From: Candidatus Omnitrophota bacterium
GTDB taxonomy: Bacteria > Omnitrophota > Gorgyraeia > Tantalellales > Tantalellaceae
Direction of reading: 5' to 3'
Assembly: GCA_015231405.1 (NCBI GenBank)
Contig: JADGBR010000001.1
Location: 5,859-69,858, forward strand
DNA: 64,000 bases
Shown: in pieces, positions 42,885 through 52,051 of the stretch
Numbering within the stretch: position 1 is the first letter of the stretch
Layout: each line of letters begins with the position of its first letter
The notes under the pieces: model-generated
What the model was told of the DNA's origin: nothing
The model's input: the letters and a program-made list of their open reading frames with translations, nothing else
Databases searched by the model: none
Position numbers and translations under genes: made by a program

Positions 42885-42887
42885 TTT

Positions 42888-42907
42888 GTGCGCCCGGCAG
42901 GGCGCAC
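42888..42907 (+). mobile_element. Probable 5' remnant of a group IIC intron
   Basis: GTGCGCCCGGCAGGGCGCAC starts with the GUGYG boundary a few nt after an intrinsic terminator; no RT ORF or domain V seen. Confidence 0.5.
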
Positions 42908-42972
42908 TTGATGCCGTAGAACGTTTGTGGCACTACATGCCACAAGACAGACGATGTTTTTGGGCCTTCGGA

Positions 42973-43001
42973 TTGAATGTGCCGGGCATTTACGTTATAA
43001 T
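42973..43001 (+). promoter_or_regulatory. Sigma-70 promoter of mutS
   Basis: TTGAAT-17nt-TATAAT, ending 8 nt before ATG 43010. Confidence 0.65.
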
Positions 43002-43009
43002 AACAAATT

Positions 43010-45625
43010 ATGACGATGGATAGCATAACTCCGATGATGCAGCAGTATCTGGAGATCAAGAAACTGCACTCTGATTCCGTCCTTTTCTTTAGGTTAGGGG
43101 ATTTTTACGAAATGTTCTTTGACGACGCAGTCCAGGCCAGCCGTATCCTGAATATCACGCTTACTTCCAGGGGCGTATCCGAAGGGAAGAAAGTTCCCAT
43201 GTGCGGCATCCCTTTTCACGCGGCGGATAATTACATCTCGCGTCTTATCAGGAACGGCGAGAAAGTCGCCATTTGCGAGCAGGTCGAAGAGCCGTCTAAA
43301 GGAAAGAAAATAGTCAAACGAGAAGTCATCAGGATAATCACTCCCGGGACTTTTATGGCCGACGGCGCCGTTCTTGATTCCCGGAATAATTATGTTCTGG
43401 CGTTATGCTCCCAGGATAACAGATTCGGGTTCGCGTATGCCGATATCTCAACAGGGGAATTTCGGGTTACTGAGATAGAGAAGCGGGAGGACCTTTTTTC
43501 GGAACTGTATAAGATATCGCCGTCTGAATATCTTGTGCCGGAAAGCTTTTCTAAGGATAAGATATTCGCGGAGATAAAAGGCGCCTGCTCCGTACCCGCT
43601 ACCGTGTTTGAGGACTGGATGTTCAGTTTTGACCTCGCCTATAAGGAAATAACCGGCCATTTTAAAGTAAAGGACCTCTCCGGATACGGCTGCTCCGGCC
43701 TTAAACTCGCCACGAGCGCTGCGGGAGCCCTCCTAAAATACCTCAAGAACACACAGAAGAGCGATCTAGGCAATCTTGACGTAATATCATCTTACAGCGT
43801 AAGCCAGTATATGACCATGGACTGGAACTCCCATAGGAACCTTGAACTGATCGTCAGTATGGAGGACATGAGCGAAAGGGGGACCCTCATCGAGGTCTTT
43901 TCCGGCACAAAAACCCCTATGGGGAAGAGGATGCTGAAAAAATGGATACTTAACCCTCTTCTATCTCTCGAAGATATCCTCACCCGGCAGGGATCGGTTA
44001 AATGTCTGTATAACGAAAGGGAAAAAAGGGGCCGTATCGGGGAGCTTTTAGAAGGAATACACGACATAGACAGGCTATCCAATAAGGTAAGCCTGGAGTC
44101 GGCGAACGGGAGGGACCTTGTCGCTCTTTCGGCGTCGTTGAAACACGTTCTTTCACTGAAAAAACTCGCCTGGAAGGGATTGGGGGATAAACTGGAAGAA
44201 CTCTTTACAGGGCTTGACGACCCTACAGATATTATATCACTGATAGACTCGGCCATAGAAGATGAGCCTCCGGTATCGGTCAGGGAGGGCGGGCTCATAA
44301 AAAAGGGATATAACGTCGAAGTTGATGAGCTTCGTGAGATAGTTAAGGGTGGAAAAGACTGGCTGACAAGACTTCAAAAAAAGGAGATAGAAAAGACGGG
44401 CATTAACTCGCTTAAAGTCGCGTACAACCAAGTCTTCGGGTATTACATTGAGATCACTAACGCGCACAAAGGTTCGGTACCACACGACTATGTGCGCAAA
44501 CAGACGCTTGTGAACGCTGAGCGGTATATTACGGAAGAGTTAAAGGAATACGAATCGAAGATACTCGGCGCGGAGGATAAGATAAAGGCGCTGGAATATG
44601 AGGTATTTCTCGGGGTTAGGGGTAAGATAGGGATACACATTGAGAGCCTTAAAATGACGTCGTATATAGTCGCAGAGATAGATGTCCTCGCGAATTTCGC
44701 CGAGGTCGCCCAAAATAATAATTACGTGCCGCCGACCGTTACCTCAGGCGCAGGACTTAACATCAGGGAGGGGAGACATCCCGTAATAGAAAGGTTGTTG
44801 AAAGGCAAGGATTTCGTCCCTAACGACATAAGGATGGGAGGAGAGGACGGTAATATTTTCATAATAACGGGATCGAACATGGCCGGTAAATCCACGTATA
44901 TCAGGCAGGTCGCTCTTCTAGCCATCATGGCGCAGATGGGCAGTTTTGTTCCTGCCAAAGAGGCCGAGATCGGTATAGTCGACAGGGTATTCACGAGAGT
45001 CGGGGCATCGGACCGACTTTACAGAGGAATGAGCACTTTTATGGTCGAGATGCTTGAGACGGCCAATATCCTAAATAACGCGACTTCCCGGAGCCTCATA
45101 ATCCTTGACGAGATAGGGAGGGGGACGTCGACATATGACGGTGTTTCTATAGCCTGGGCTGTGGTCGAGTACCTGTACAGCAGGCTTAAAGGTTCGAAAA
45201 CGCTGTTTGCCACCCATTTTCATGAGCTCACGGAACTGTCGCATATGATGCCCGGGATAAGGAATTATCATCTTGCCATAAAAGAGTGGAAGGACGAGGT
45301 AATATTCCTTTACAAGGTTACCGAAGGCAGCTGCGACGAAAGTTTCGGCATCCATGTAGCTAAATTGGCAGGAATGCCTTCGGGTGTTGTGTCACGGGCC
45401 AGGGAGATACTGGGGAATCTTCAGAAAGACTCCCTTTCGGGGAACATGCTTCATAGATTCTCTCATGATGATATACGCAAAGAGAAGCAGCTAGACCTAT
45501 TTGAGGCCATTCCGGCTGTTAGCGCGGTCGAAATGAAAATAAAAAAGCTTGATATAGATAACCTTACTCCGGTCGAGGCGCTGCGTAAGCTGGCGGAATT
45601 GAAAGAGGAATTGGAGGGGGGGTAG
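43010..45625 (+). CDS. mutS: DNA mismatch repair protein MutS
   Basis: TPMMQQY, GDFYE, TGSNMAGKST, DEIGRGT, QLDLF clamp motif. Confidence 0.98.
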   Translation: MTMDSITPMMQQYLEIKKLHSDSVLFFRLGDFYEMFFDDAVQASRILNITLTSRGVSEGKKVPMCGIPFHAADNYISRLIRNGEKVAICEQVEEPSKGKKIVKREVIRIITPGTFMADGAVLDSRNNYVLALCSQDNRFGFAYADISTGEFRVTEIEKREDLFSELYKISPSEYLVPESFSKDKIFAEIKGACSVPATVFEDWMFSFDLAYKEITGHFKVKDLSGYGCSGLKLATSAAGALLKYLKNTQKSDLGNLDVISSYSVSQYMTMDWNSHRNLELIVSMEDMSERGTLIEVFSGTKTPMGKRMLKKWILNPLLSLEDILTRQGSVKCLYNEREKRGRIGELLEGIHDIDRLSNKVSLESANGRDLVALSASLKHVLSLKKLAWKGLGDKLEELFTGLDDPTDIISLIDSAIEDEPPVSVREGGLIKKGYNVEVDELREIVKGGKDWLTRLQKKEIEKTGINSLKVAYNQVFGYYIEITNAHKGSVPHDYVRKQTLVNAERYITEELKEYESKILGAEDKIKALEYEVFLGVRGKIGIHIESLKMTSYIVAEIDVLANFAEVAQNNNYVPPTVTSGAGLNIREGRHPVIERLLKGKDFVPNDIRMGGEDGNIFIITGSNMAGKSTYIRQVALLAIMAQMGSFVPAKEAEIGIVDRVFTRVGASDRLYRGMSTFMVEMLETANILNNATSRSLIILDEIGRGTSTYDGVSIAWAVVEYLYSRLKGSKTLFATHFHELTELSHMMPGIRNYHLAIKEWKDEVIFLYKVTEGSCDESFGIHVAKLAGMPSGVVSRAREILGNLQKDSLSGNMLHRFSHDDIRKEKQLDLFEAIPAVSAVEMKIKKLDIDNLTPVEALRKLAELKEELEGG

Positions 45626-45642
45626 TTGTGGGGAAGACGTGT

Positions 45643-45733
45643 GTGGTTCGTTGATCGTGGTTCGTGGTTCGGGAAGAAAATTGATCATACGTTATATTTG
45701 TTCAAACGAACCACGCATCACGATCCACGAATG
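45643..45733. repeat. Inverted pair of heptamer arrays (GTGGTTC x4 / ACGAACC x4)
   Basis: gtggttc gttgatc gtggttc gtggttc (45643-45670) and acgaacc acgcatc acgatcc acgaatg (45706-45733). Confidence 0.85.
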
Positions 45734-45750
45734 TGACTAAGGAGTTGTCA

Positions 45751-47487
45751 ATGATTCGCAAGATACAAGTGCTGGCGGACGACGTTATAGCGAAGATCGC
45801 GGCGGGTGAGGTGGTGGAGAGGCCGGCTTCCGTGGTGAAGGAGCTCATCGAGAATTCACTGGATGCCGGCTCTGACAGCGTCGAAATAGATCTTAAGGAT
45901 GCCGGGTTCGCGCTTATAAGGGTCGCGGATAACGGGTCCGGTATGACGAGCGAAGAGGTGAAACTCGCGGTTAAGCGTCACGCGACAAGTAAGTTGAGCG
46001 CCATCCATGACCTGGAAACACTTTTAACATTCGGTTTTAGAGGAGAGGCTCTGTCGAGCATCTCCTCGGTTTCCAGATTCGAAATAACTACACGTAACGC
46101 CGATGGCGAGGCTGTTTACATGTATCTGGAGAATGGCCAGGTAAAGGAAGCTAGGCCCGCGGCGCGGGTTCCCGGAACGACAATTGAAGTCAAGGACCTT
46201 TTCTATAATGTCCCGGCGCGCAAAAAATTCATGAAAAAAGATTCGACCGAACTCGCGGCCGTTATCGATACCGTGGGGCGTTTCATTGTGGCGAATGACG
46301 GCGTGGAGATACGACTCAGGAACAACGGGCGGGAGATCTTCCACGCGCATAAGAACATGGGCATAAAGGCAAGGATATCTCTCGTCCTGGGAAGGGATGT
46401 CGCGGACGGGATGATAGAACTATTTTCCCTGACAGGGAAATACAGGGTGACTGGGTTCGTGAGCCGGCCATCCAGCACAAGGAAAGATAAACGGATGCAG
46501 ATGTTCTTTGTGAATAAACGTTATATAAGGAGCACTTTTATCAGCAATCTCCTTGATGAAGCGAACAGAAGTATGCTTGAAAGAGGCAGGTTCCCGGCGG
46601 GAGTGCTTTTTATCGAAGTCGATCCCTCAATGGTGGATGTCAATGTCCATCCTGCAAAGCTTCTTGTGAAATTCGAGGATGAGGATGAACTTAAGCGTTC
46701 GGTGATGTCTTCCGTAAGGTCAGCGTTCGACGAGGTCAAAAACAGAGAGAGAGGTTCTCACGGCCAGACATTATCCGAAGCCCTCGGATCGGCAGTACAA
46801 GCCCCAGGAGAGGAAAAACATGGGATATTCGCCGAAGGGATCGCTACACAGAGAGAGTTCGAATATGGCGCGGCCGATGAGATGATATCCGATAAAAAGC
46901 CTTTGGCGGATATCCCCCGTAAAACGTCCGATATCTATCAGATAGGTAAATGCTATATAGTGAGGGTTAAAGGGGACTCCGTTACCGTCACGGACCAGCA
47001 TGCGGCGCATGAGCGCGTTCTTTATGAGTATTTCAATAATAAAAAGAGGGAGACAGCCGGGGAGACTCAGAACCTTTTATTCCCTGTTAGTCTCGGGCTG
47101 TCTCCGTCCGAATCCATTTTAATGGGTAAAATGAAAGGAGCTTATAAGACCCTGGGGTTCGAGATAGATGAATTCGGGAGGAATTCGTTCGTGATAAGAA
47201 CCGCTCCTCAGGTCATTAAAGACCGGGACATAGAAAAAGTGGTCAGGGACATACTCTCGGATATTTCGGGGAATATTAAACCGGGGATGGACCCTGTCGA
47301 AGAAATGGTCAAATACGCGGCCTGCCGCGGCGCTATAAAGGAAGGCGACGCGCTTGACGAACACGAAATGGCTGATCTTTTGAGGCAGCTTTCGGAATGC
47401 GAACTCCCGTTCACATGCCCTCATGGGAGGCCGACTACGTTAGAGATAACGGTTGATGAGTTGGAGAAGCGGTTTAGACGGAAGTGA
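45751..47487 (+). CDS. mutL: DNA mismatch repair endonuclease MutL
   Basis: IAAGEVVERP, GFRGEAL, DQHAAHER, CPHGRP; AAGGAG RBS before 45751. Confidence 0.98.
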   Translation: MIRKIQVLADDVIAKIAAGEVVERPASVVKELIENSLDAGSDSVEIDLKDAGFALIRVADNGSGMTSEEVKLAVKRHATSKLSAIHDLETLLTFGFRGEALSSISSVSRFEITTRNADGEAVYMYLENGQVKEARPAARVPGTTIEVKDLFYNVPARKKFMKKDSTELAAVIDTVGRFIVANDGVEIRLRNNGREIFHAHKNMGIKARISLVLGRDVADGMIELFSLTGKYRVTGFVSRPSSTRKDKRMQMFFVNKRYIRSTFISNLLDEANRSMLERGRFPAGVLFIEVDPSMVDVNVHPAKLLVKFEDEDELKRSVMSSVRSAFDEVKNRERGSHGQTLSEALGSAVQAPGEEKHGIFAEGIATQREFEYGAADEMISDKKPLADIPRKTSDIYQIGKCYIVRVKGDSVTVTDQHAAHERVLYEYFNNKKRETAGETQNLLFPVSLGLSPSESILMGKMKGAYKTLGFEIDEFGRNSFVIRTAPQVIKDRDIEKVVRDILSDISGNIKPGMDPVEEMVKYAACRGAIKEGDALDEHEMADLLRQLSECELPFTCPHGRPTTLEITVDELEKRFRRK

Positions 47488-47491
47488 CTTG

Positions 47492-47587
47492 TGTGGTTCC
47501 CGCCTTCGCCAGGGCTTCGGCGGGCAGGCGTGATTCGTGTTTCGTCTGGAAAGGTTGGATACGGTGCCGAATCACGAACCACGAACG
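47492..47587. repeat. Inverted heptamer arrays carrying a 30-bp palindromic insert (47499-47528)
   Basis: tgtggtt [cccgccttcgccagggcttcggcgggcagg] cgtgatt cgtgttt ... ccgaatc acgaacc acgaacg. Confidence 0.85.
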
Positions 47588-47612
47588 GGTAATTGTTAAT
47601 GGTGTTATGAGG

Positions 47613-48251
47613 ATGGATAAAAAGAAAACGCAAAAGATATATAAGGTTTTAACGGAGAACTACTTCCATGAGGAGGCGTTCCTTGTGAATTCTAATCCTT
47701 TCCAGCTGCTTGTCGCTACGATACTTTCGGCGCAGTGTACGGATAAGAGGGTAAATATGGTGACTCGGGACCTGTTTAAGAAATACAGGACCGTCAAGGA
47801 TTACGCCTCGGCTGACCAAACAGCTTTTGAGAAAGATATAAGGTCTACGGGATTTTACAGGAATAAAGCTAAGAACATAATATCCGCGGCAAATATAATA
47901 ATAAAGCAATACGGCGGAAAGGTGCCGAATACGATGGATGAGTTGGTGACTTTGCCTGGAGTGGCCAGGAAAACGGCTAATATCGTGCTTTTTCACGGTT
48001 ACGGGAAGCGCGAAGGTATTGCCGTAGACACCCATGTCAAGAGAGTCTCTTACCGTCTTGGGATGACAGGCGAGACCGATCCTGTAAAGATAGAAAGGGA
48101 CCTTATGGCGCTGTTCAGCGAGGATAAATGGGGACGTTTGAACAATCTAATTATAGAGCACGGCCGTAAGATCTGCGACGCGCGTAAGCCATTGTGCACG
48201 GAGTGTGTTCTTGAGAAGTTATGCCCGAAGGCCGGAGTTGATGAAAAATAG
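47613..48251 (+). CDS. nth: Endonuclease III
   Basis: LSAQCTD, LPGVARKTA (HhH), VDTHV, C-x6-C-x2-C-x5-C. Alternative start 47607. Confidence 0.95.
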   Translation: MDKKKTQKIYKVLTENYFHEEAFLVNSNPFQLLVATILSAQCTDKRVNMVTRDLFKKYRTVKDYASADQTAFEKDIRSTGFYRNKAKNIISAANIIIKQYGGKVPNTMDELVTLPGVARKTANIVLFHGYGKREGIAVDTHVKRVSYRLGMTGETDPVKIERDLMALFSEDKWGRLNNLIIEHGRKICDARKPLCTECVLEKLCPKAGVDEK

Positions 48252-48282
48252 GTTAGGCGTGAGGGGAGAATTTGTTTAGGAT

Positions 48283-48324
48283 ACAGAATATTGAATTCAG
48301 AATCCAGGATCCAGAATACCGAAT
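48283..48324. repeat. Heptamer array NNNGAAT x6
   Basis: acagaat attgaat tcagaat ccaggat ccagaat accgaat. Confidence 0.8.
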
Positions 48325-48336
48325 GAGGAGGGGGAG

Positions 48337-49131
48337 ATGAAGAAGTTACTTGCTTTGGTTTTTATTACGGGTGTTATCATTTGCTATCCGGGTCCTGCGT
48401 TTTCAGAGGGGGATGTTGACCCTCTCGCCAGGAACCTTGTTTTTGTGGAAGGGGAAGCTGAGGTGCTAGTGCCTGTAGATGGATTCAGCCTCACCATGGG
48501 TTTTGACGTCGATAGGGCCAGTTTCGGTGACGCAGGCGGTGCGTCGGATGAGATCGTTTTTCGGATGGAAAGAGAGATAAAAAGCCTCGGGCTCGAGAAC
48601 GTTGAGGTCATAAAGGGATGGGATATCGTAAGACAAAAAATGATAGCGTTCGGCGAAAAAGGCCGGAAAGTCTCAAATAAACTGGTTATAAGGGTTTATG
48701 ACTGCCCGCTGGAAAAACTTCACAGGATGATAGCTGACGCCATGGATAAATGCCTGGCGGTAGATAAATCAGTGATGATCGAGGAGATCAGCGTAATATT
48801 GAAAGATGAACTCGAGAACGAAAAAAAACAGGAAGCTTCCATAAAAGCCGTAGCCGCTATGGATAAAAATGCTTTACGAATAGCAGAGACCCTGGGAAAA
48901 AAGATCTCCGCCCCGAAAAGGATATTTTTCTCGAACGATAAACACGCGCTTCAAAGCAGGAACGATTTCATGGGGTATGGGGAAGACTACAAAGCAAGAC
49001 AGAATTATGAGGTAGAGGCGGAGCTATCAAGAAGCGTTGTCTCGATCCAGAAGAGTTTCAAAGTGAGGTCAGAGGTGGTAGACCATATTAAGATAAAGTC
49101 CAGGGTATCTGGGATATACGAGATCGAATAA
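48337..49131 (+). CDS. Secreted SIMPL/DUF541-like protein
   Basis: Signal peptide; VFVEGEAEV.VP.D start; A...A...A..LG; terminal beta-strand ending YEIE. Confidence 0.65.
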   Translation: MKKLLALVFITGVIICYPGPAFSEGDVDPLARNLVFVEGEAEVLVPVDGFSLTMGFDVDRASFGDAGGASDEIVFRMEREIKSLGLENVEVIKGWDIVRQKMIAFGEKGRKVSNKLVIRVYDCPLEKLHRMIADAMDKCLAVDKSVMIEEISVILKDELENEKKQEASIKAVAAMDKNALRIAETLGKKISAPKRIFFSNDKHALQSRNDFMGYGEDYKARQNYEVEAELSRSVVSIQKSFKVRSEVVDHIKIKSRVSGIYEIE

Positions 49132-49141
49132 GGAGGGTTTT

Positions 49142-49206
49142 CGTGGTTCGTGATCCGTGGTCCCTGCCTTCGCCAAGGCTACGGCGGGCAGGCGGGGTTC
49201 GTTATT
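49142..49206. repeat. Heptamer array carrying a 30-bp palindromic insert (49163-49192)
   Basis: cgtggtt cgtgatc cgtggtc [cctgccttcgccaaggctacggcgggcagg] cggggtt cgttatt. Confidence 0.85.
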
Positions 49207-49976
49207 TTCTGGTTGTTTGTCTGGCAGCTCTAGCGGGGCTGTGTTCCGGTTGCGCGAAAGAGGCGTCCAGCGAGAACAATGTCTATCTGGTCAGGTCGGT
49301 CGCGGACGGCGATACGATAGAGCTACAGGACGGCAGGAGAGTCCGGTATATAGGGATCGATACTCCTGAAACGAGGAATAAGGTCGGAGGGCAATGGGTA
49401 TACGATCCCGAAGAATACGCTGAAGACGCTAAAAAATTCAACGAGTCCCTTGTCGGCGGGAACAAGGTCAGGCTTGAATTTGATGCGGAGCGAAAAGATA
49501 AATACGGCCGGGATCTCGCGTTCGTTTACACCGACAACGGCCTTATGGCCAACGAGGAGCTGGTCAGGGAAGGATATTCGCTTGTGTATTATCTTTTGCC
49601 TAACAGAAAACATCTTGAAGGGTTCATGGAAGCCCAGAGGACTGCCATGGAAAATAAGGCCGGTTTGTGGAAAGGGATAAAAGTCATAACTCCGGACGAA
49701 GCGGGGAAATTATCCTGGGGATATTGCGTGGTCAGGGGCAGGGTGAATTACAGCGGAAGGGAAGGTAGAGGTTCTTTCACCATAGGGTTTGATGGAGAAA
49801 AAGAGAATTCATTAAAATGCATTATTCCCGCGAGGAATCTTCCATTGTTTAAAGAATTCGGAGTGGATCCCGCCATAGATTACACCGGAAAAAATGTCGA
49901 AATAACGGGAAAGGTAAAGAAAGGCGGAAGTCCTGTTTTAATGATCGTGCATCCTTATCAAATTAGGGTCCTCTGA
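49143..49976 (+). CDS. Thermonuclease (SNase) lipoprotein with C-terminal OB-fold-like domain
   Basis: AGGAGG RBS; lipobox-like LCSGC; DGDT, RYIGIDTPE, DKYGR, GLW. Confidence 0.88.
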   Translation: MVRDPWSLPSPRLRRAGGVRYFLVVCLAALAGLCSGCAKEASSENNVYLVRSVADGDTIELQDGRRVRYIGIDTPETRNKVGGQWVYDPEEYAEDAKKFNESLVGGNKVRLEFDAERKDKYGRDLAFVYTDNGLMANEELVREGYSLVYYLLPNRKHLEGFMEAQRTAMENKAGLWKGIKVITPDEAGKLSWGYCVVRGRVNYSGREGRGSFTIGFDGEKENSLKCIIPARNLPLFKEFGVDPAIDYTGKNVEITGKVKKGGSPVLMIVHPYQIRVL

Positions 49977-50191
49977 CTTATGGGGCTTTTCGCGGTTTGT
50001 CGCTGCCGGGTCCGTCCATTCCTTAAATACGCTTATAAAACCCGTTTTTGGTCCTGTTTTTCATGCTTGTAAATTAATAATTATTGTGATATTTTAGGTC
50101 TGTTTCATCATGGTGGCGGCCGCGTATATGTGACTTTATATTCCTATTATTAAATTGAAAACAAGCGTTCCCAAAGATCAAGGAAGGACTA

Positions 50192-51454
50192 ATGAGGCAG
50201 ACAATAGTAGAGAAAATTTTCTCCCAGCATTCGGGTAAAAGGGCGAAGGTCGGGGATATTATCATAGCGGATGTTGATTTCTGTTTCGGTCAGGATGGGA
50301 CCAGCGCTCTCATTATCGACAGCTTCCGGAAAATGGGCGTTGAAGCCGTCCACGACAGGAATAAATTCTGCATGGTCATAGATCATTCCTCGCCAAGCCC
50401 TAATATAGGTGTTTCCACTATACATTCCAAGATGAGGACTTTCGCGAGGGAGTTCGGGCTCAAGGTGTATGACGTGGGCTCGGGGGTATGCCATCAGATA
50501 GTCCCGGAGAACGGTTATGTCACTGCGGGAGATCTTATTATTGGAGCCGATTCCCATACGTGCACATACGGGGCCGTCAATGCTTTTTCGGCAGGTGTGG
50601 GGTCCACGGACCTGGCCATATCACTCGCCACTGGAAAGAACTGGTTCAAGGTGCCTGAGACCATTAAGGTCGTACTTAAAGGAAAACTTGGAAAAGGTGT
50701 TTACGCTAAGGACATAATACTCCACATCATAGGCGATATGACGGCCGGCGGTGCTAATTACAGGGCCATCGAATTCAGCGGTGAGGTCATCGACGAGCTC
50801 AGCGTAGAGTCGCGTTTTACGATCGCGAACATGGCCGTCGAGATGGGCGCTAAGTGCGGCATTATGGAAGCCGACCGGAAGACCATAGCCTGGGTAAAAA
50901 AACACTCAAGCCGCGACCCGAAACCCGTAGAGCCCGACGAGGACGCGAAATATATCGAGATAAGGGAATATGAACTTTCGATGCTCGCCCCGCAGGTCGC
51001 GAAACCTCATTCCGTGGATAATGTATCCAACATTGAAGACATTGGGAATACTCCGATAGACCAGGTTTACATAGGCACGTGCACGAACGGCAGGCTTGAA
51101 GACCTTGAGATAGCCGCTAAGATACTTAAGGGCAATAAGGTGGCTCCTTACCTGAGACTTATAGTGACTCCGGCTTCGAAATGGATATATCTGGACGCCA
51201 TGAAGAAAGGATATATTGACATATTCGTGGACGCTGGTGCGATAGTGAATAATCCGGGCTGCGGCCCTTGCGTGGGCACTCACCAGGGCGTACTCGCTGA
51301 CGGGGAGAACGCGTTATCCACGGCGAACAGGAATTTTAAGGGTCGCATGGGGAACCCGAACGCGAATATATACCTTGGAAGCCCGGCCGTCGCGGCCGCT
51401 ACAGCTATCGCCGGAAGAATAGCTGATCCGAGAGAATATAAACGGAAATTATAA
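50192..51454 (+). CDS. leuC: 3-isopropylmalate dehydratase / homoaconitase-type large subunit
   Basis: GADSHTCTYG, GTCTNGR, CGPCVG, NRNFKGRMG; 420-aa short type. Confidence 0.9.
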   Translation: MRQTIVEKIFSQHSGKRAKVGDIIIADVDFCFGQDGTSALIIDSFRKMGVEAVHDRNKFCMVIDHSSPSPNIGVSTIHSKMRTFAREFGLKVYDVGSGVCHQIVPENGYVTAGDLIIGADSHTCTYGAVNAFSAGVGSTDLAISLATGKNWFKVPETIKVVLKGKLGKGVYAKDIILHIIGDMTAGGANYRAIEFSGEVIDELSVESRFTIANMAVEMGAKCGIMEADRKTIAWVKKHSSRDPKPVEPDEDAKYIEIREYELSMLAPQVAKPHSVDNVSNIEDIGNTPIDQVYIGTCTNGRLEDLEIAAKILKGNKVAPYLRLIVTPASKWIYLDAMKKGYIDIFVDAGAIVNNPGCGPCVGTHQGVLADGENALSTANRNFKGRMGNPNANIYLGSPAVAAATAIAGRIADPREYKRKL

Positions 51455-51458
51455 GTTT

Positions 51459-51535
51459 AGCTATCAGCTTTCAGCCTTCAGCTGTCAGCTTTAAGAAGAA
51501 ACATTAATGCTGAAAGCTGATAGCTGAAAGCTAAC
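51459..51535. repeat. Inverted pair of AGCTNNN heptamer arrays
   Basis: agctatc agctttc agccttc agctgtc agcttta / tgctgaa agctgat agctgaa agctaac; 51459-51475 is the exact reverse complement of 51509-51525. Confidence 0.88.
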
Positions 51536-51547
51536 AGGGAGGATAAA

Positions 51548-52051
51548 GTGGGCAATCACGTTCATAGGCTGAAAATACAGAATGACATTAATACCGACTA
51601 TGTCATTTCCGGAAGATATAAGTTCAAGATACAGGACGAAAAAGAACTGGCAAAATATATTTTCGAGGATCTTGATCCTGGTTTTGCCAAAAAGATAAAG
51701 GCCGGGGATTTTCTCGTCTCCGGTGATAATTTCGGCTGCGGTTCTTCCCGCGAACAGGCTCCCGTAGCCCTTAAAGCCAGCGGGATACAGGCTGTTCTAG
51801 CCAAGAGCTTCTCCAGGATATTCTACCGCAACGCATTTAACGTAGGACTCTGCCTTATCGAATGTGAAACAAGGTTCATAGACGACATGGACGAGATCGA
51901 GATCGACCTCAAAAGGAACGTCGTTAAGAACATAACCAAAGGGCTTAATATCGAGATCAAACCCGTACCGAAAATAATGATGGATTTTTTGTCCGTAGGC
52001 GGGGCCATCGAGTATTTCAAAAAAGAAAAAGGATTCGGTAAGTTCAATTGA
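51548..52051 (+). CDS. leuD: 3-isopropylmalate dehydratase-type small subunit
   Basis: INTD, NFGCGSSREQA, SFSRIFYRN. Confidence 0.9.
   Translation: MGNHVHRLKIQNDINTDYVISGRYKFKIQDEKELAKYIFEDLDPGFAKKIKAGDFLVSGDNFGCGSSREQAPVALKASGIQAVLAKSFSRIFYRNAFNVGLCLIECETRFIDDMDEIEIDLKRNVVKNITKGLNIEIKPVPKIMMDFLSVGGAIEYFKKEKGFGKFN

Noticed and set aside
47484-47606. N-terminal extension of Nth in the ORF track
   Set aside because: It is a translation of the heptamer/palindrome intergenic repeat; Nth similarity begins after 47607-47613.
50100-50191. Leucine attenuator or T-box upstream of leuC
   Set aside because: No Leu-rich leader peptide, T-box motif or terminator hairpin was recognisable.
45643-51535. 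Repeat arrays as a possible CRISPR locus
   Set aside because: The units are 7 nt with no unique spacers, the 30-mer occurs only twice 1.6 kb apart, and no cas genes are present.
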